The notes under the pieces were generated by a model, which did not search any database, was not told the DNA's origin, and saw only the letters and a program-made list of their open reading frames with translations. From Eledone cirrhosa (taxonomy: Eukaryota), in NCBI GenBank assembly GCA_964016885.1, contig OZ024741.1, forward strand, positions 277,450,001 through 277,514,000: a stretch of DNA of 64,000 nt. The letters run 5' to 3'. Below are positions 1-20,400 of the stretch, in pieces. Position 1 is the stretch's first letter. Each line of letters opens with the position of its first letter. A program made the translations under genes and the position numbers.

Positions 1-74
1 TATAAACTGAGTCCAGATGCATCACTGATTTTTCGTTTTTTTTATACTATATATATATTTATATATATATATAT

Positions 75-261
75 AACAAAGGAAATGTGGTAAGGAACCA
101 GATGGACCATAACGCACCAGAGTACTCAATACTTAGGGTAGTAGAATGGGAATAGGAAAAAGTATGACCCTGACGGCAGAGCTGAAGCCGTTTCGACTAT
201 TTCTGGACTAAGAAATAGCCGTCGAAACGGCTTGAGCTATGCCGTCGGGGTCATACTTTTT

Positions 262-264
<3 letters not shown>
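75..264 (-). mobile_element. Short fold-back element (family F1) carrying the 3' half of a hammerhead ribozyme; PLE pseudo-LTR-like
   Basis: Inverted arms about 150-264; GTCGAAACGGCTTGAGCT(A/C)(T/A)GCCGTCGGGGTC = GAAA + stem III + GUC; homologs at 35514-35708, 52995-53175 and 16015-16160; flanked by (TA)n. Confidence 0.7.
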
Positions 265-342
<78 letters not shown>

Positions 343-393
343 TGAAAGAGTGAAAAATAACATGGTCAACAGTACAAAAAAGGGTTTTATTTA

Positions 394-506
394 CAGTATT
401 AACAATTGTTTCACTGATTAGTTGTCTAAACATTGCCGAACACTTGAAGCTGTGCCACTCAATTTTAAATACGATATTAGCTTAACCAGATCATCAGAAA
501 GGACTG
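394..506 (-). ncRNA. Type I hammerhead ribozyme with long stem II insert
   Basis: Minus strand: CAGUCCUUU-CUGAUGA-U-CUGGUUA...UAAUCAG-U-GAAA-CAAUUG-UU-AAUACUG; 7-bp stem II, palindromic stem III ACAAUUGU, GUU site; stem I interrupted (UU/AA + CAGU/ACUG). Confidence 0.65.
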
Positions 507-604
507 TTAAAAACATACTTAGCGTTTACGAATTCAAATTACAAACTCTGCTGAGAGGACTACACTCGCTTATCAGTTTATAGAGCCTGGTGCACTTTTA
601 GGCT

Positions 605-1053
605 ATGGCCAGCGACATGAACCTGCAACATATCCTGAAAAAGCAATGCCTGTGCTTTGAAGGTTTTTTAAGTGAGGAAAGGCCTTGCACTCGACCAATC
701 CCACTCTCTGAGCATCGAAAACACTACCCGAAAAGGAGAACTGGTCAACATCATCGGATGCTCCCAAAGCTGCAGGATTTTTTTTCAGAGTTTCCCCTTT
801 CCTAGAAAGGTATTGTGACAACAAGTGGGGGCCTTTCACTCCCAGGTGAAAGAAAAGTACTATTTGGATGGCCGTTGACTCCGCTGAGTTACTCCGCCCT
901 TTGCTGGGTCTTGTATTTTATCCTGCAGGGTGTCCAAATATCACCCTCCTCCCCAAGCAAACTTGGTGGGGTTGCCGGTTTAGTCACCGACGACCCGACC
1001 ATGAGACAGGTTGTACTGGGTTACATGTTACCAGTAGCACTCGAGTGACCTGA
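605..1053 (-). mobile_element. Diverged copy of non-autonomous element X (RTE-5'UTR-like)
   Basis: Colinear similarity to 46442-47042 (e.g. catgagacaggttgtactggg..acatgttaccagtagcac..gtgacctgac), abutting (CATA)n. Confidence 0.7.
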
Positions 1054-1390
1054 CACATACATACATGCATGTATAAATTCATAAGTACATACATACCCAA
1101 CAACCCCAACAATATCAGCAAAGCCCTATATCCGGGTTACACTTCCACAGGGATCCTATCACATAACACCGGACATTGTATGTTTCAGCAGGCACTAACT
1201 CACCCCCTCTCATACACATATACATACGCGCGCACCTATATAGAAAGGTATACATTGCCGATCTCCCACACTTAAAAAGCGCTAGGGGGATACACTTAAT
1301 ATAACGAATGATACGCTCATGCGCGGCAATGCTATGAAATAGGGTAAAGACCACAATCGGCCGCTACGATCAAACGAACCTCGTATCAAA

Positions 1391-2060
<670 letters not shown>

Positions 2061-2199
2061 CACACACACAAACGTACAAGACAGGTGAAAAATCAATCAT
2101 CAGCTATCTTAATCAATCCACACCTTTGCCAGGTAGATTACACTGTTATTTGGCAACCAAATTAGGCCGCGTTCGATTTCAGGTTAAGAATAGCAAACA

Positions 2200-2307
2200 G
2201 ACAACCCACCACACAAACACACACATGCACATACATACATACATACATACATACATACATACACACAAACACACACACACACATACATACATATATTCAT
2301 ACATACA

Positions 2308-2339
<32 letters not shown>

Positions 2340-2399
2340 CACTTACACGCAAACACACACACATACATACATACATATATTCATACATACATACATACA

Positions 2400-2431
<32 letters not shown>

Positions 2432-2965
2432 CACTTACACACAAACACACACACACACATACATACATACATATATTCATACATACATACATACATACAT
2501 ACATACAAACACACACATACACATACATACATTTATACATACATACCTGCATGCATACATACATACATATATACATGCATGCATACATACATACATTCAT
2601 ACATACATGCATGCATATATACATACATACACACATACATACATGAATACATGCATACATTCATACATACATACATACATATATTCATACATACATATAT
2701 ATATATATATACACACATACACATACATTCATACACACACCCAAACACACACATACACATACATACGTACATACGCACACTCACAAATACTTGTACACAC
2801 TGGCATATACATCGGCAGGACAGTACTATATACTAGTCCACACACACACACATGCATACTCACACAGACACATACACACCCAAATGCATTCATGCGCACA
2901 CACTCACATACATTCATATGCACATTCACATGCACACATTGGCAGATACATAGACATACATATAT
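2200..2965. repeat. (CATA)n/(CA)n compound microsatellite
   Basis: Direct inspection. Confidence 0.9.
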
Positions 2966-2974
2966 CAAGACATT

Positions 2975-3068
2975 ATTTGCCTTTCACCCTTAAGGGGTCA
3001 ATAAAATAAAGTACCAGTAATACACTGGGTAATTGCTGGCCTTGTGCCAAAAGTAGAAACAATTATAT
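2975..3068 (+). mobile_element. SINE-1 3' fragment
   Basis: tttgcctttcacccttaaggggtcaataaaataaagtaccag...gtagaaacaattat matches the full copies at 20724-21110. Confidence 0.8.
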
Positions 3069-3074
3069 ACTAGT

Positions 3075-4078
3075 TCACACACACATATACACAAACACAT
3101 ATATACATATATACGCACACACACATACATGCACACACTGACACACACACACATATACATACACACACACACACACACATATACACAAACACATATATAC
3201 ATATATACGCACACACACATACATGCACACACTGACACACACACACATATACATACATACACACACACACACACACATATACACAAACACATATATACAT
3301 ATATACGCACACACACATACATGCACACACTGACACACACACACATATACATACATACACACACACACACACACATATACACAAACACATATATACATAT
3401 ATACGCACACACACATACATGCACACACTGACACACACACACATATACATACATACACACACACACACACACATATATACATATATACGCACACACACAT
3501 ACATGCACACACTGACACACACACACATATACACACATACACACACATATACACAAACACATATATACATATATACGCACACACACATACATGCACACAC
3601 TGACACACACATATATACATACATACACACACACACATATACACAAACACATATATACATATATACGCACACACACATACATGCACACACTGACACACAC
3701 ACACACATATACACACATACACACACATATACACAAACACATATATACATATATACGCACACACACATACATGCACACACTGACACACACACACACATAT
3801 ACATACATACACACACACACATATACACAAACACATATATACATATATACGCACACACACATACATGCACACACTGACACACACACACACATATACATAC
3901 ATACACACACACACATATACACAAACACATATATACATATATACGCACACACACATACATGCACACACTGACACACACATACATACATACACACACACAC
4001 ATATATATACACAAACACATATATACATATATACGCACACACACATACATGCACACACTGACACACACACACACATAT

Positions 4079-4110
<32 letters not shown>
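3075..4110. repeat. ~90-bp minisatellite built from CA/TA runs (about 11 units)
   Basis: Recurrent anchor acacaaacacatatatacatatatacgcac...atgcacacactgac. Confidence 0.85.
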
Positions 4111-4116
<6 letters not shown>

Positions 4117-4547
4117 ACATACACACACATACATTATCAACACTGTGTATAGGTTTAGAAACATGCATATACACATACACACATACATAATGAACACAGC
4201 TCTACATAGTAGTCCACACACACTTGTAAGTACTCACATGCACACGCATATGAACACGCACATATACACATACATGCACACATTTTACCACACACACACA
4301 CACACATATGCATACATATGTACGCACATTACCACACTCAACATACACATATGCACACATACATTAACAACACTACACTACATTCTTGTGGTGGTAGTGG
4401 TGGGGGTGTGGTGGTGGGCTATAGGTGGAGTTAGTGTTGGGGTGGTAGTGGGGCGATGGTAGTAGTAGTGGTAGTGGTGGGGTGATGGTGGCGGTGTAGT
4501 AGTAGCAGCAGCAGCAGTAACAGTAGTAGTAGTAGTAGTAGGAGGAG

Positions 4548-4583
<36 letters not shown>

Positions 4584-4694
4584 AGTATGTGCTGAGGTGG
4601 CATTGGCAGCGAGACTTCTTGGGAATGTATATATATAAATATATATATGTGTATATATATATATGTGTGTGTATATGTATATATATGCGCGTGC

Positions 4695-4739
<45 letters not shown>

Positions 4740-4787
4740 TCTGTAGTATATGTCCGTTTTCGAAGAAATGTCTGGTCCAGCAATAAA

Positions 4788-5836
4788 CTACCACAACCAC
4801 CACTACCCCCACCACAACCACCAGCACTACAACCACTATCACCAATACCACCACGACTAGCACCACCACCACACCACTACACCACCACCAGCACAACCAT
4901 CGCTACCACCACTACCACCACTACCACCATTCCCACCACTATACTACTACCATCACCACCACAACCACCACCATTTCCACCACCACTAAAAAACTACAAG
5001 CCCCCTCCCCACCACACCACCACCACCTCCACTACCACCACCACCTCCACTACTCCCAGTCCCACCACTATACTACCACCACCACCACAACCTCCACCAT
5101 TACCACCAGCACCACCAGCACCGCCATTTCCACCACTACTACAAACCTACAAGCCCCCTACCACCACCTCCACCACCACCATTCCCACCACTGTACTACC
5201 ACCACCACCACAACCTCCACCATTACCACCAGCACCACCAGCACCGCCATTTCCACCACTACTACAAACCTACAAGCCCCCTACCACCACCTCCACCACC
5301 ACCATTCCCACCACTGTACTACCACCACCACCACAACCTCCACCATTACCACCAGCACCACCAGCACCGCCATTTCCACCACTACTACAAACCTACAAGC
5401 CCCCTACCACCACCTCCACCACCACCATTCCCACCACTGTACTACCACCACCACCACAACCTCCACCATTACCACCAGCACCACCAGCACCACCAGCACC
5501 GCCATTTCCACCACTACTACAAACCTACAAGCCCCCTACCACCACCTCCACCACCACCATTCCCACCACTGTACTACCACCACCACCACAACCTCCACCA
5601 TTACCACCAGCACCACCAGCACCGCCATTTCCACCACTACTACAAACCTACATGCCCCCTACCACCACCTCCACCACCACCATTCCCACCACTGTACTAC
5701 CACCACCACCACAACCTCCACCATTACCACCAGCACCACCAGCACCGCCATTTCCACCACTACTACAAACCTACAAGCCCCCTACCACCACCTCCACCAC
5801 CACCATTCCCACCACTATACTACCACCACCACCACT
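4788..5836. repeat. (CCA/CTA)-rich tract with a 120-bp higher-order tandem unit (about 6 copies, 5050-5836)
   Basis: Anchor acaaacctacaagccccta recurs at 120-bp spacing (one 129-bp variant). Confidence 0.85.
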
Positions 5837-6194
5837 ACACGGCCACCAGCAGCAGTTTTACCTATAAGCAGTACAGCAGATGTTGTAGCTGTTGGTTATG
5901 TTCTATATCCTATCGCTTCATTGCAGAAGGCGACGATTAGACATTTCTAAAACACTCTACCTAGTTGTCTAGACAGACAAACAATTCCTCGAAATTAAAA
6001 ATCGAATTTGGGTGGAAAGTTTTTCCATGTTTTGATAATGTTATTGATGGATCAAACTTCTAGATGGTGTATTGATCACATCGATTAGGTTATGTAAAGT
6101 CCAATTCCTCAGCATTAGTGCTGAATCACTTCTTTCTGGGGGGTTTTTTCAGTAACCCCTGGAGGAGTCGTAGGGGCAACGTAGTGGCATACGG

Positions 6195-6318
6195 CAGGCA
6201 TGTGAAACATAAAGGTTTTTAGAGCGCGAGCGTAATATAAAATAAAAACTATTAGTTGTAATGTGCGAAATTAGTTGTCATGTGTGGCCCTCGGAGAACC
6301 CTCAGTTTGACATGCCTG
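6195..6318. mobile_element. hAT-type MITE
   Basis: 14-bp TIRs caggcatgtgaaac / gtttgacatgcctg; 8-bp TSD gcatacgg (6187-6194) / gcatgcgg (6319-6326). Confidence 0.75.
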
Positions 6319-6444
6319 GCATGCGGTGTTTAATCCATGGCGGCGCCCATCTCCTCTCCATGTCTGAATGCAATAGATTTCTTCCAGAGTAGGATAGAGA
6401 GTGAAAGAAAATGGAAGTAAGAAAGAGATAAAGAGGTAGAATCG

Positions 6445-6592
6445 GTCACAGTACTTGACTAGTACTTTTTAAATCTACCTCGAAAGAGTGAAAGGCAAAA
6501 TTGACTTCGGTGGGATTTGAACTCAGAGAGCAGAGAGCAGGATCGAAAACAAAGCATTCTATCCGACATTCTCAAGAGCCTGCCAATCTGCC
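6445..6592 (-). mobile_element. Diverged SINE-1
   Basis: gaaaggcaaaattgacttcggtgggatttgaactcag core (B-box on minus). Confidence 0.7.
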
Positions 6593-6807
6593 TATGCTCA
6601 AACACTTACAGACACCTAAGTTGAGATGCCAATGATCACAGTTACAAATTTGAGGACCTTAATCCGAATGTAGTATTTGTAAATGTCTCATTAGCTGTCT
6701 ATGACTCTTCTTCTACCATATCAAGAGTTAAACTAATATATATCTTCATTGTACTGTATTGTCCTCGTCAATTGTGTTTCCCTGTTGAATTTTTTCATAC
6801 ACACATA

Positions 6808-6935
6808 CGATGATTTCTTTTGAATGAAACAGTTTTAGTCTTCTAGAAGCCATTTCTCTATTAAACATTATGTTTACACTCTATTAATGTATTGAGTACC
6901 TTACTTATTGTGGTTACCCCCGATTGAACGCGAGA
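6808..6935 (+). mobile_element. Family F2 element with degenerate hammerhead
   Basis: cGATGA-tttcttttgaat-GAAA-cagttttagtcttcTA-gaagcc followed by the tail tgtattgagtaccttac..gtggttacc shared with 36068-36192, 55982-56075 and 9279-9327. Confidence 0.6.
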
Positions 6936-7259
6936 CTCACATACACATACACACTCACACACGCACACTCACACTCACACACACATATATATATATATAT
7001 ATTATGTATGTATGTATATATATATGTGTGTGTGTGCGTGTGTGTGTGTTTATGCCCTGTGACTTAACGCTTTGACTAAAAGAGATCGAGAAGCTAAGTA
7101 CAGGAGGTCGATTTGATCAAATAAATAAAGGCGATGTCACAGCATGGCCTTTCTCTATCTGACTGAAATATATAAAAATAAAATAATAAAGAAAAATATA
7201 TATATGTGTGTGAATTTTGAAAGAAAACGTAGGTTTATCTATAAAATAGTCGAACAAAT

Positions 7260-7299
<40 letters not shown>

Positions 7300-7830
7300 G
7301 GAGGTGAGTTTTATTGTAGTACAATAAAGCAATGCAGATATCGGATATGAAGTACTCTACAGTTTGTAGGACTGGAGTATACATAATATATAAGAACAAA
7401 AGATGGTTAAAAGAGTTCCATGTATTTTATTATGCGCATTTCAAAAACAAATATCATCATGCAATAATATTTGTGTTTTCAGCAGATAAAACAGGAAGAC
7501 ATGATATGAAGGTTAAAAAACACTTGTGGATAGTGCAGTTTTAAATTAGATTGATGTGTGATGTTGGGAAAAATATTTTATTTTGAAGGGGGGGGGGGGT
7601 GAAAAAGAGGAGGAGATGAGAGTAAAAAGTGGAGAAGGAGGAGTATAATGAGGAAGGATGAGATAGGAGGAGAGATGGGTGATAGAGAGAAAGAGATAGC
7701 TTTTATAACTGAGAAAAATATATTGTTTTATATAGAGAGGTTGGAAAACCGTTGGAAGATAATGTATAAATTAAAAGAATTTGAAAATTAACGAAGAGAA
7801 AAATAATGTAAAGTTAAGGTTTGTATATTG

Positions 7831-8000
7831 AAGGGTTTAATAATATGTGCGATGAAAAGAAAATGTTAATATGTATTAAGAATAATATTTAAGGGTTTAA
7901 TAATATGTGCGTTGGAAAGAAAAAGTTAATATGTATTAAGAATAATATTTAAGGGTTTAATAATATGTGCGATGGAAAGAAAATGTTGATATGTATTATT
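7831..8000. repeat. 60-bp tandem repeat x~2.8
   Basis: aagggtttaataatatgtgcg at 7831, 7891 and 7951. Confidence 0.9.
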
Positions 8001-8417
8001 AAAAAGAACAACAAGTAATTTAAGTAAGGATATATTGTGAGATGAGCATGAATAAGTTAGATGAAAGGGAGAAAAAAATAATGAATTGAGGATGAATAAT
8101 CTAACGTCAAAAAAATGTTTATGTTTACGAAGGATTTTTACAAGGTGATATAGAGTAAGAATGTATTGTATTATGTAATAATTGTTTCTATGTTAGGCAA
8201 CAGTGGGAAAAGGTACAGATTAGGGGTTAGACATTAAAAGAAAAAGAGAAGAAAGGGAAGTGATAAATAGGAGTGATATAGAATGAGTAACAAGTATTAT
8301 ATAATGTATAATAAATAACTTTGAAATAAGGTAGAAAGATGGGTATATTTTTAAAGAAGTATATATATATATATGTGCCTTTGAGAAAAAGATTCTAAAT
8401 TGATGAAGTTTTGGATA

Positions 8418-9278
8418 TTAGCTGTATACTTTGTGGAATGTTTTGTGGAATTTATGCAAGCAGATAGAAAACAAGTCAGTGCGTCTATTTATTATAGAAT
8501 CTAAATTAGATATAATGGTAAATTTTTCATTTAGACAGAGATTGCAAATCTTGGATAGAGAACTGTTCAAGTATGGAGACGCAGAAGAAACCTTCTTCCA
8601 AAAGATGCTATATTTAATATGTTTGTCTTTCAAGGACTATATGAGTTCTGAGAGAGCCGTGTTGGTTCTTTTAAGTTTGTATTTAAAAGACGAATGATGG
8701 TTATAAAGACGAGCTTTAAAGGAGGTGGAAGTGGAGCCAAAATAGGTGAAGGAATTGGTGTCAGTTATAACTTTACATTCGTAAATTAAGTTTTTATCAA
8801 GACAATGGTTGTTGAGAGGACATTTATTTTTAACAGGGCAATTGCAATTGCGATTAGAGAGATTATTAACGAGTGACCTAGTGTTATCTATAGAAGGAAT
8901 TGGATTGGAGAAGTTATTTGCGATAGGAATAATACTTTCTTGATTTAGAATGGGATTAAGAACATTTAGCGAAGTTGTGTTTGACGTTGTATTTGGGTTT
9001 GCAGAAATTAGCTTAGGGTTTACAATGACGTCGGGAGTACTATTACTATTATTATGATATTCAGTGTTGGAAGGAAGAGATTTAGTATTTAGTATTTTAT
9101 TGTTGTGTTTAGAGATAATGTTGGAAATGTTGGAGGATGTTGAATAGGAAAATGTTATAGTGTGTTTGTTAAATATTTTACTATAGATATGTGAGGGAGG
9201 GAAGCATTTATTTAAGGCACTAAAGAATAATTTAGGAATATTATTATTAATAGAGATGGAGAAAGGAGCATTATACCA
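8418..9278 (-). pseudogene. Penelope-like element C-terminus: linker + GIY-YIG endonuclease (frameshifted, 5'-truncated)
   Basis: Manual translation WYNAPFS..KLFFSALNKCFP..KIFNKHTITFSYST; NCNCPVKNKCPLNNHCLDKNLIYECKV..TYFGST..FKARLYNH; CNLCLNEK..INRRTDLFSICLH. Confidence 0.85.
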
Positions 9279-9354
9279 GATTGAGTACCTTATTTACTGT
9301 GGTTACCCTCGATTGAACTCGGGATAAACATATCTATCTATATATCTATCTATC

Positions 9355-10000
9355 TCTCTCTGTATATTATATATATATATATATACGCAAAGTTGTAGTT
9401 CCTGTCTATTTGTTTGTTTGTTCACGAACTCCTCCAATGGTTTTAGAGATAGACCCCCGTAACCATATATATTCTGAAACTAGATTGCCCAGGGTACTTG
9501 GATAAGTATATTGCATTTTAATCAAAGGGTTCCCGCGGGCACAAACCTCCGCTTGCCTCCGCTAAAAATGTTTTCCCTTCGATTTATATGAAATTTAAAT
9601 CAGAGGTAAATGACAAGATATGATGCCTATTCACAAAATTTCAGTAAATTTCAATAATATTAAGGCACCCTAATGGGGGTTAAACCCCCTGCAGTGAAAA
9701 TTTTGGAAGCCCATAACTTGAGTATTGGAACCTCTATTATCACGGGGTTTTTCTCTTAATTAAACGTAAATCAACAAAAAAAGCACCTCTCTTTTATAGT
9801 AAAATTTGGCTAATTTAGACATTTTATCTATGGCAAAACAGCACTAGAATTATGACAACAAAAATTATTAGTTAATGTCTCTACTTTTTAACATTTTCCC
9901 TTTATTTTTTATCCATATATTATATCACTGATTTAAAATCAATCATCATTTTCTTACAAAAGAAATGTGAAACGCAGCAAGGCGCGGGTAATTCGGCTAG
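9355..10000 (+). mobile_element. Non-autonomous Helitron-like element
   Basis: Ends with the GC-rich subterminal acgcagcaaggcgcgggtaattcggCTAG|T; (GTTT)n near the 5' end; 5' boundary approximate. Confidence 0.55.
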
Positions 10001-10014
10001 TATATATATATATA

Positions 10015-16318
<6,304 letters not shown>

Positions 16319-16958
16319 GGGGGGGGGGAGTCGGGACCTTGATGGCTGAGCTCTATTTTATAGATAAACCTATATGTTGGCAGCTTACGTAAGCTAAGAT
16401 ATTGCCAAAATCAAATTTGCTCAACGCTTCGTAAAACGATTAATATATATATATATATATATTAATATACACGTATGTGTGTGTATGTGTGTGTGGGGGG
16501 GGGGGGATATGTTATAGATATCCGTGCGTGTGAAAAAGTAAGGAAAACAGTGCTCAATCAGGTATGGGAGCTGCTAAATTATATTATTTATTTATGTTCA
16601 TACACAGGACAACAACGCTTTCCTGAAGGATTGGAGGTGGGAGTGAAAATGTTGTTTAAAACGATCTTGCAAGATACCGTGTATGAACATAAATAAACTA
16701 TATATATATTATTATTAGTATGCATGTATACGTACATACATATATGTATACAGACATACAGTAGCATGCACATATATATATATATATACATATATATATA
16801 CATATGCATACAGGTACACATACATATATGCACATATCAGTTTAGCGGCGCTTATTATAACGTCGCTTTGTTCGTTTGTAAACAAACTGAACAGCCTGAA
16901 TTTATGCCATACGGTGTTAAGGCAACCACGTCACCTTTTTGTTCAACACTGACACAGG

Positions 16959-17003
16959 AACGATGTACTAGTTTCAAGCTTGTTAGCTATCATCAGCACC
17001 GTT
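16959..17003 (-). ncRNA. Minimal type I hammerhead ribozyme (array unit 1)
   Basis: AACGGUG-CUGAUGA-UAGCUaacaAGCUU-GAAA-CUAG-UA-CAUCGUU: 7-bp stem I, 4-bp stem II, palindromic ACUAGU stem III, GUA site. Confidence 0.9.
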
Positions 17004-17430
17004 TACCCATCTGCCAGATAGTTGAACGTTCGAAAGTATATACTTTCCTTATGAAAATTAACGGCTGAGCAGCCTAATTTGCATATTGAGTGAGTTAAAT
17101 CGGTCAGGCATACCGAAAACGATAATTTGAAACAAAATGAAAACGAAATTTCATTTCTCACTCTTAGTATGGCACTTACTTAAATGTAAGTATGCATGTA
17201 TACGTACATACATATATGTATACAGACATACAGTAGCATGCACATATATATATATATATACATATATATATACATATGCATACAGGTACACATACATATA
17301 TGCACATATCAGTTTAGCGGCGCTTATTATAACGTCGCTTTGTTCGTTTGTAAACAAACTGAACAGCCTGAATTTATGCCATACGGTGTTAAGGCAACCA
17401 CGTCACCTTTTTGTTCAACACTGACACAGG

Positions 17431-17475
17431 AACGATGTACTAGTTTCAAGCTTGTTAGCTATCATCAGCACCGTT
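17431..17475 (-). ncRNA. Hammerhead ribozyme (unit 2)
   Basis: Identical to unit 1. Confidence 0.9.
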
Positions 17476-17902
17476 TACCCATCTGCCAGATAGTTGAACG
17501 TTCGAAAGTATATACTTTCCTTATGAAAATTAACGGCTGAGCAGCCTAATTTGCATATTGAGTGAGTTAAATCGGTCAGGCATACCGAAAACGATAATTT
17601 GAAACAAAATGAAAACGAAATTTCATTTCTCACTCTTAGTATGGCACTTACTTAAATGTAAGTATGCATGTATACGTACATACATATATGTATACAGACA
17701 TACAGTAGCATGCACATATATATATATATATACATATATATATACATATGCATACAGGTACACATACATATATGCACATATCAGTTTAGCGGCGCTTATT
17801 ATAACGTCGCTTTGTTCGTTTGTAAACAAACTGAACAGCCTGAATTTATGCCATACGGTGTTAAGGCAACCACGTCACCTTTTTGTTCAACACTGACACA
17901 GG

Positions 17903-17947
17903 AACGATGTACTAGTTTCAAGCTTGTTAGCTATCATCAGCACCGTT
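17903..17947 (-). ncRNA. Hammerhead ribozyme (unit 3)
   Basis: Identical to unit 1. Confidence 0.9.
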
Positions 17948-18374
17948 TACCCATCTGCCAGATAGTTGAACGTTCGAAAGTATATACTTTCCTTATGAAA
18001 ATTAACGGCTGAGCAGCCTAATTTGCATATTGAGTGAGTTAAATCGGTCAGGCATACCGAAAACGATAATTTGAAACAAAATGAAAACGAAATTTCATTT
18101 CTCACTCTTAGTATGGCACTTACTTAAATGTAAGTATGCATGTATACGTACATACATATATGTATACAGACATACAGTAGCATGCACATATATATATATA
18201 TATACATATATATATACATATGCATACAGGTACACATACATATATGCACATATCAGTTTAGCGGCGCTTATTATAACGTCGCTTTGTTCGTTTGTAAACA
18301 AACTGAACAGCCTGAATTTATGCCATACGGTGTTAAGGCAACCACGTCACCTTTTTGTTCAACACTGACACAGG

Positions 18375-18419
18375 AACGATGTACTAGTTTCAAGCTTGTT
18401 AGCTATCATCAGCACCGTT
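18375..18419 (-). ncRNA. Hammerhead ribozyme (unit 4)
   Basis: Identical to unit 1. Confidence 0.9.
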
Positions 18420-18846
18420 TACCCATCTGCCAGATAGTTGAACGTTCGAAAGTATATACTTTCCTTATGAAAATTAACGGCTGAGCAGCCTAATTTGCAT
18501 ATTGAGTGAGTTAAATCGGTCAGGCATACCGAAAACGATAATTTGAAACAAAATGAAAACGAAATTTCATTTCTCACTCTTAGTATGGCACTTACTTAAA
18601 TGTAAGTATGCATGTATACGTACATACATATATGTATACAGACATACAGTAGCATGCATATATATATATATATATACATATATATATACATATGCATACA
18701 GGTACACATACATATATGCACATATCAGTTTAGCGGCGCTTATTATAACGTCGCTTTGTTCGTTTGTAAACAAACTGAACAGCCTGAATTTATGCCATAC
18801 GGTGTTAAGGCAACCACGTCACCTTTTTGTTCAACACTGACACAGG

Positions 18847-18891
18847 AACGATGTACTAGTTTCAAGCTTGTTAGCTATCATCAGCACCGTT
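18847..18891 (-). ncRNA. Hammerhead ribozyme (unit 5)
   Basis: Identical to unit 1. Confidence 0.9.
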
Positions 18892-19318
18892 TACCCATCT
18901 GCCAGATAGTTGAACGTTCGAAAGTATATACTTTCCTTATGAAAATTAACGGCTGAGCAGCCTAATTTGCATATTGAGTGAGTTAAATCGGTCAGGCATA
19001 CCGAAAACGATAATTTGAAACAAAATGAAAACGAAATTTCATTTCTCACTCTTAGTATGGCACTTACTTAAATGTAAGTATGCATGTATACGTACATACA
19101 TATATGTATACAGACATACAGTAGCATGCACATATATATATATATATACATATATATATACATATGCATACAGGTACACATACATATATGCACATATCAG
19201 TTTAGCGGCGCTTATTATAACGTCGCTTTGTTCGTTTGTAAACAAACTGAACAGCCTGAATTTATGCCATACGGTGTTAAGGCAACCACGTCACCTTTTT
19301 GTTCAACACTGACACAGG

Positions 19319-19363
19319 AACGATGTACTAGTTTCAAGCTTGTTAGCTATCATCAGCACCGTT
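19319..19363 (-). ncRNA. Hammerhead ribozyme (unit 6)
   Basis: Identical to unit 1; unit 7 (19791-19827) is cut by the inversion inside CUGAUGA. Confidence 0.9.
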
Positions 19364-19883
19364 TACCCATCTGCCAGATAGTTGAACGTTCGAAAGTATA
19401 TACTTTCCTTATGAAAATTAACGGCTGAGCAGCCTAATTTGCATATTGAGTGAGTTAAATCGGTCAGGCATACCGAAAACGATAATTTGAAACAAAATGA
19501 AAACGAAATTTCATTTCTCACTCTTAGTATGGCACTTACTTAAATGTAAGTATGCATGTATACGTACATACATATATGTATACAGACATACAGTAGCATG
19601 CACATATATATATATATATACATATATATATACATATGCATACAGGTACACATACATATATGCACATATCAGTTTAGCGGCGCTTATTATAACGTCGCTT
19701 TGTTCGTTTGTAAACAAACTGAACAGCCTGAATTTATGCCATACGGTGTTAAGGCAACCACGTCACCTTTTTGTTCAACACTGACACAGGAACGATGTAC
19801 TAGTTTCAAGCTTGTTAGCTATCATCAAATTTTCATAAGGAAAGTATATACTTTCGAACGTTCAACTATCTGGCAGATGGGTA

Positions 19884-19928
19884 AACGGTGCTGATGATAG
19901 CTAACAAGCTTGAAACTAGTACATCGTT
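19884..19928 (+). ncRNA. Hammerhead ribozyme (inverted unit 1); predicted cleavage after 19921
   Basis: aacggtg CTGATGA tagctaacaagctt GAAA ctag TA catcgtt read directly on plus. Confidence 0.9.
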
Positions 19929-20274
19929 CCTGTGTCAGTGTTGAACAAAAAGGTGACGTGGTTGCCTTAACACCGTATGGCATAAATTCAGGCTGTTCAG
20001 TTTGTTTACAAACGAACAAAGCGACGTTATAATAAGCGCCGCTAAACTGATATGTGCATATATGTATGTGTACCTGTATGCATATGTATATATATATGTA
20101 TATATATATATATATGTGCATGCTACTGTATGTCTGTATACATATATGTATGTACGTATACATGCATACTTACATTTAAGTAAGTGCCATACTAAGAGTG
20201 AGAAATGAAATTTCGTTTTCATTTTGTTTCAAATTATCGTTTTCGGTATGCCTGACCGATTTAACTCACTCAAT

Positions 20275-20282
20275 ATGCAAAT
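20275..20282 (+). promoter_or_regulatory. Octamer motif ATGCAAAT in the array monomer (once per unit; e.g. 17077-17084 on minus)
   Basis: Exact octamer ~75 bp upstream of the hammerhead on the sense strand; function unproven. Confidence 0.35.
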
Positions 20283-20355
20283 TAGGCTGCTCAGCCGTTA
20301 ATTTTCATAAGGAAAGTATATACTTTCGAACGTTCAACTATCTGGCAGATGGGTA

Positions 20356-20400
20356 AACGGTGCTGATGATAGCTAACAAGCTTGAAACTAGTACATCGTT
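20356..20400 (+). ncRNA. Hammerhead ribozyme (inverted unit 2)
   Basis: Identical to 19884-19928. Confidence 0.9.

Noticed and set aside
16588-16697. Small inverted repeat just left of the array as a hammerhead or array terminus
   Set aside because: The 19-bp arms are real, but the core match is poor and the sequence is unrelated to the monomer
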